A DNA stretch of 64,000 nt from Dehalococcoidia bacterium. GTDB lineage: Bacteria; Chloroflexota; Dehalococcoidia; SHYB01. Positions 60,667 to 64,000 of this stretch are shown here, in pieces. Numbering within the stretch: position 1 is the first letter of the stretch; the number at the start of each line of letters is the position of its first letter. Under the pieces are notes generated by a model. It had not been told where the DNA came from, did no database searches, and saw only the letters and a list, made by a program, of their open reading frames with translations. Both the position numbers and the translations under genes were made by a program. The stretch spans positions 579,444-643,443 of the forward strand of contig OZ253453.1 of the NCBI GenBank assembly GCA_965261455.1, in the 5' to 3' direction.

Positions 60667-62043
60667 TCAGTTGACCTTCGCGGCGTTGCGGAAAGTGGTG
60701 ATGCGTTCGTCGAACCACAGCTTGATCATGCCGATGGGGCCGTGGCGGTGCTTGGCCACGATGATCTCGGAAGCGCCCTTGGGATAGGGCCGGTCGGGGT
60801 GCAGTTTCTCCCACTGCTCCTCACCGTGGATCATGTCCTCGCGGAAGATGAACATCACGACGTCGGCGTCCTGCTCGATGCTGCCGCTCTCGCGCAGGTC
60901 GGAGAGCATGGGCCGCCGGTCCGGTCGAGACTCGATGGCGCGGCTCAGTTGGGAGAGGGCAAGGACGGGCACGTCCAGGTCGCGGGCGAGACCCTTCAGC
61001 GAACGCGAGATCTCGCTGACCTCTTGGACGCGGTTGCCCCCGCTCCCGCGTCCGTCGCCGTGCATCAGTTGGAGGTAGTCGATGATGATCAGGTCGAGGC
61101 CTCGTTCGATGTGGAGGCGGCGGGCCTTGCTGCGCATCTCAACGACGTTGAGCAGGGGGGTGTCGTCGACCCATATCGGGAGTTCGGAGAGCTCGCCGAT
61201 GGCCTGCATCAGGCTGCCTTCCTCGGTGTCGAACTGGCGGCCTTGACGGTATTCCCGGAGCCGGTAGGCGTCGATCTGGGAGACGCTGGAGAGCAGGCGG
61301 TCGGCGAGCTGCTCCTTGCCCATTTCCAGGCTGAAGAGGGCGACGTGGGCGCCGCTGGCGTTGGCGGCGTTGTAGGCGATGTTGAGGGCGAGGCTGCTCT
61401 TGCCCAAGCTGGGCCGAGCGGCGAGGATCACGAGGTCGGAGCGCTGCAGGCCGCCGAGCAGCTTGTCCAGGTCGAGGAAGCCGGTGGGTATGACTTCGGG
61501 AGCGTCGGGGCGGAGCTCCGAGGACTCGCGGCGGTCGACGAGGTACTGGGTGAGGATGTCGCTCAGCGCGACGAAGTCGCGGCCGCCTTCGCCGGTGCGG
61601 AGGCGGAAGAGGTGGTCCTCGGCCTGGGTGAGGGCGGCGTCGACGTCCGGCCCGCCCTCGTAACCGACCGCGGCGATGGCTTCGGAGGCATCGATGAGGC
61701 GGCGCATCATGGCGACGCGGTGCACGATGCGGGCGTAGTGCTCGATATGGGCGGAGGTGGGGGTCTTGGCCACGAGGTGGCTCAAGTACATCGCCCCGCC
61801 GATCTCTTCGAGCACGCCTTTCTGGTCGAGCTCGTGGGCGACGGTTACCTGGTTGATCGCCTCGGTGCGGTCGAATAGCGCCAGGCAGGCGTCGTAGCAC
61901 GCCTTCGTCCTGGGCAGGGAAAAGTCGCCGGCGTCGAGCACTGTGGCGACTTTGAGGAGCGCGTCGCTGTCAATGAGGAGGGAGCCAACGACCGCCTCCT
62001 CCGCCTCCACGTCCTGGGGCGGCAGACGATCCGTGTTAACCAT
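60667..62043 (-). CDS. dnaB: Replicative DNA helicase
   Basis: LPPQDVEAE, ARPSLGKS, IIDYLQL, LSQLSR, LRESGSIEQDAD, AKHRHGP. Confidence 0.97.
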   Translation of the reverse strand: MVNTDRLPPQDVEAEEAVVGSLLIDSDALLKVATVLDAGDFSLPRTKACYDACLALFDRTEAINQVTVAHELDQKGVLEEIGGAMYLSHLVAKTPTSAHIEHYARIVHRVAMMRRLIDASEAIAAVGYEGGPDVDAALTQAEDHLFRLRTGEGGRDFVALSDILTQYLVDRRESSELRPDAPEVIPTGFLDLDKLLGGLQRSDLVILAARPSLGKSSLALNIAYNAANASGAHVALFSLEMGKEQLADRLLSSVSQIDAYRLREYRQGRQFDTEEGSLMQAIGELSELPIWVDDTPLLNVVEMRSKARRLHIERGLDLIIIDYLQLMHGDGRGSGGNRVQEVSEISRSLKGLARDLDVPVLALSQLSRAIESRPDRRPMLSDLRESGSIEQDADVVMFIFREDMIHGEEQWEKLHPDRPYPKGASEIIVAKHRHGPIGMIKLWFDERITTFRNAAKVN

Positions 62044-62114
62044 GGCGCTCCCTACGAAGTCTGGGGCTCGTCGTCCTCGGGCTCGTCCTGCTCCGCCGCT
62101 TCCGCGGGCGCTTC

Positions 62115-62693
62115 TTAGCTGGGCGCTTCGCCTTCCGCGTCGGGGGCGGCGTCAGCTTCGGGGGTGGTGTCGGTGTCGGCGTCGGCTTCGCCGTCGGTTT
62201 CGAGCTCGGCGACAACTTCTTCGGCGGTGGCTTCCTTTTCGAGGGAGCCGCCGATGGGGGCGACGCGCACGGTCACGGAGGGCTCGAAGCCGAAGCCCAG
62301 CTTGACGGGGACTTCGTAGGTTCCGAGCTGGCGAATCGGCTCGGTGACGACGAGGCGGCGGTCGATCTCCTGCCCGGCGATCGCGTTAAGCTCCTCGGCG
62401 ATCATGGAGTTGGTGATGGAGCCGTAGAGGCGGTTGTTGCGTCCGGCGCGGACCTCGATGGTGATCGTCGCGCCGGCGATCTTCTCGGCGACGGCGGACA
62501 TGCTCTTCTCGGCGACGTCGCGGCGCTTCGAGGCGCTGGACTGGAGCCGGGCGACCCGGTTCATCTGGTCGGGCGTCGCCAGCACGGCGAGCCGCTTGGG
62601 GAGCAGGTAGTTGCGCCCGAAACCGTTCTTGACGTTCTTGATGTCGCCGGCGTAAGCCGTGCCGGGAACGTCTTCGACGAAAAGCACTTGCAT
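62115..62693 (-). CDS. rplI: 50S ribosomal protein L9 with acidic tail
   Basis: VKNGFGRNYLLPK, RLYGSIT, IRQLGTYEV; a TATAAT lies upstream. Confidence 0.96.
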   Translation of the reverse strand: MQVLFVEDVPGTAYAGDIKNVKNGFGRNYLLPKRLAVLATPDQMNRVARLQSSASKRRDVAEKSMSAVAEKIAGATITIEVRAGRNNRLYGSITNSMIAEELNAIAGQEIDRRLVVTEPIRQLGTYEVPVKLGFGFEPSVTVRVAPIGGSLEKEATAEEVVAELETDGEADADTDTTPEADAAPDAEGEAPS

Positions 62694-63034
62694 GGGGAGA
62701 GACCTCTTTCAGAGCGTGGGCGGCGGCCCGAAATGGGCCGGGGTTCATTATAGGCGCCGCTCCAACCCTCGCACAAGAAACGCATGGCGGCGTGGGAAGT
62801 GGTCGGCCATCCCGGGCGTCCGTCCGCGCCGTTTCCTTGCATTTATTGGAAGTATTGCCACGGCAGAGGGGTCCGGGCGGGGATGCGCAGAGGTCGGCTA
62901 GGCGCCAGTGGGGGTGCGGTTCGGGTCGCGTAATGGTGGGTTTAAGGCCGTTTTGTGGGGCTCCGGCGCTGTTCGCGGTGATCGGAGGGCTCGCCAACAG
63001 GAGTGGGGTGTGGCGGGGGCGCAACCGGGTTCCT

Positions 63035-63080
63035 GCCAATTTCGCCAAGTGGTGTGCCAATTCCGCCAATTTTGCCAATT
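63035..63080. repeat. Five short GCCAA(T/G) direct repeats
   Basis: Start positions 63035, 63044, 63056, 63065, 63074. Confidence 0.75.
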
Positions 63081-63144
63081 CCGCTAGGCGGGTGGGTGCA
63101 GGATAGCGGGCTTCGTGTAGGTTGGCGCGCCCCGCCTCCCCCCG

Positions 63145-63278
63145 CCCTCACCCCAACCCTCTCCCAGCGGGAGAGGGGGCAAGAAGGGAGGGCACCTGTG
63201 GGGGCCGGGGTGCCCTTTGGGCGCGTGTCATCTCTCAGTCTCCGCCGGAGGGGAGGGCGAGTCGTGACTCGCCCCTAC
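63145..63278. repeat. Composite REP-like cluster
   Basis: CCCTCACCCCAACCCTCTCCC-AGC-GGGAGAGGG and GGGCGAGTCGTGACTCGCCCCTAC. Confidence 0.8.
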
Positions 63279-63308
63279 GGGAGCGAGGGCGCCGCCGCGC
63301 GGCGGGCG

Positions 63309-63815
63309 TTACTTTAGGGAGACGTGGCAGGAGGCGAGGCCGCGTTTCTCTAGGTATTGCTGGTGGTAGTCCTCGCCTATCCAGAAGTCGCCGACGGGTT
63401 CGATTTGGGTGACGACGGGGCGGCCGGCGTAGCGCTTGGCGGCCTGGAGGGCGTCGCGGGCGGCCGTGGCGACGCGCTGTTGCTCGTCGTCGTGGTAGAA
63501 GATGGCGGTGCGGTATTGCGAGCCGAAGTCGGGGCCCTGGCGGTTAAGCTGGGTGGGGTCGTGGATGTTCCAGAACGTATCCACGATCTGTTCGTAGGAG
63601 ACCTTCTCGGGGTCGTACTCGACTTGGACGACCTCGGCGTGGCCGGTGCGGTCGGTACAGACCTCGTGGTAGGTGGGGTCTGGCTTTTGCCCCCCCATGT
63701 AGCCGACGGCGGTCTGAGTCACGCCGTCGATCTGGCGGAAGGCGGCCTCGACGCCCCAGAAGCAGCCCCCACCGAACGTCGCCTTTTTGGTGTTGGATGC
63801 GCTCATGTCGCTCAT
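63309..63815 (-). CDS. msrA: Peptide methionine sulfoxide reductase A
   Basis: GGGCFWG, TGHAEVV, QLNRQG.D.GSQYR, EDYHQQYL. Confidence 0.96.
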   Translation of the reverse strand: MSDMSASNTKKATFGGGCFWGVEAAFRQIDGVTQTAVGYMGGQKPDPTYHEVCTDRTGHAEVVQVEYDPEKVSYEQIVDTFWNIHDPTQLNRQGPDFGSQYRTAIFYHDDEQQRVATAARDALQAAKRYAGRPVVTQIEPVGDFWIGEDYHQQYLEKRGLASCHVSLK

Positions 63816-63850
63816 GCTCTTCCTCCCGCTCTGCTCTCCTCGCCTGCCGG

Positions 63851-64000
63851 CTAGCCTTGCATCACCGGCGTGAGTCCATTGTTCCATGCCTCGGCTAGTG
63901 CCGCCACCGGGGCGTCGACACCGCCGAGGCGGAGCCGTTCGCCGCCGACCTCGCCGACGCGCTCCAGCGGGACGTCCGCCTTCCGCGCGCCCGCTTCCAG
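63851..64000 (-). CDS. purL: Probable PurL C-terminus (partial)
   Basis: VPLERVGEVGGERL..VDAPVAALAEAWNNGL resembles the end of FGAM synthase II; only about 49 codons visible. Confidence 0.55.
   Translation of the reverse strand: MEAGARKADVPLERVGEVGGERLRLGGVDAPVAALAEAWNNGLTPVMQG

Overview
GC-rich bacterial window, most likely Chloroflexota/Dehalococcoidia. SAR202-like and plausibly host- or sponge-associated is an inference from the CaiB/BaiF, SDR and RidA paralog expansions, the adhesin domain types and the dnaB-dnaD-double-dnaC operon. There are four zones. (1) 1-1.6 kb: the 3' part of an ABC-F ATPase gene. (2) About 2-38.7 kb: a heavily decayed accessory region with 7 family III CoA-transferases, 6 SDRs, MaoC hydratases, hydrolases, a peptide-type ABC importer, a ThDP lyase, multi-domain RidA proteins, IS481 and a GmrSD/PIN defence islet. 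It carries about 13 single-base frameshifts, 2 nonsense codons, about a dozen gene-to-gene deletion junctions and one clean 102-bp inversion. (3) 38.85-49.0 kb: a largely intact module of about 10.1 kb (XRE-HTH, two modular secreted adhesin-like genes and a NarL-type two-component system). It is bracketed by two sites with large-serine-recombinase att-site architecture and a tRNA-Ile-like core, and contains three copies of a ~170-bp non-coding cassette with a TGTAGG-N8-CCTACA palindrome. An AlpA remnant follows. (4) 50.7-64 kb: intact genes (puuE-like/amidase cluster, ferredoxin, aconitase, a UGSC-motif selenoprotein with SECIS plus its partner gene, HIT, dnaC-like, dnaD, dnaB, rplI, msrA, end of purL) with REP-like palindromes. 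I found no CRISPR array, rRNA or complete tRNA. All assignments come from reading motifs by eye; no searches were run.
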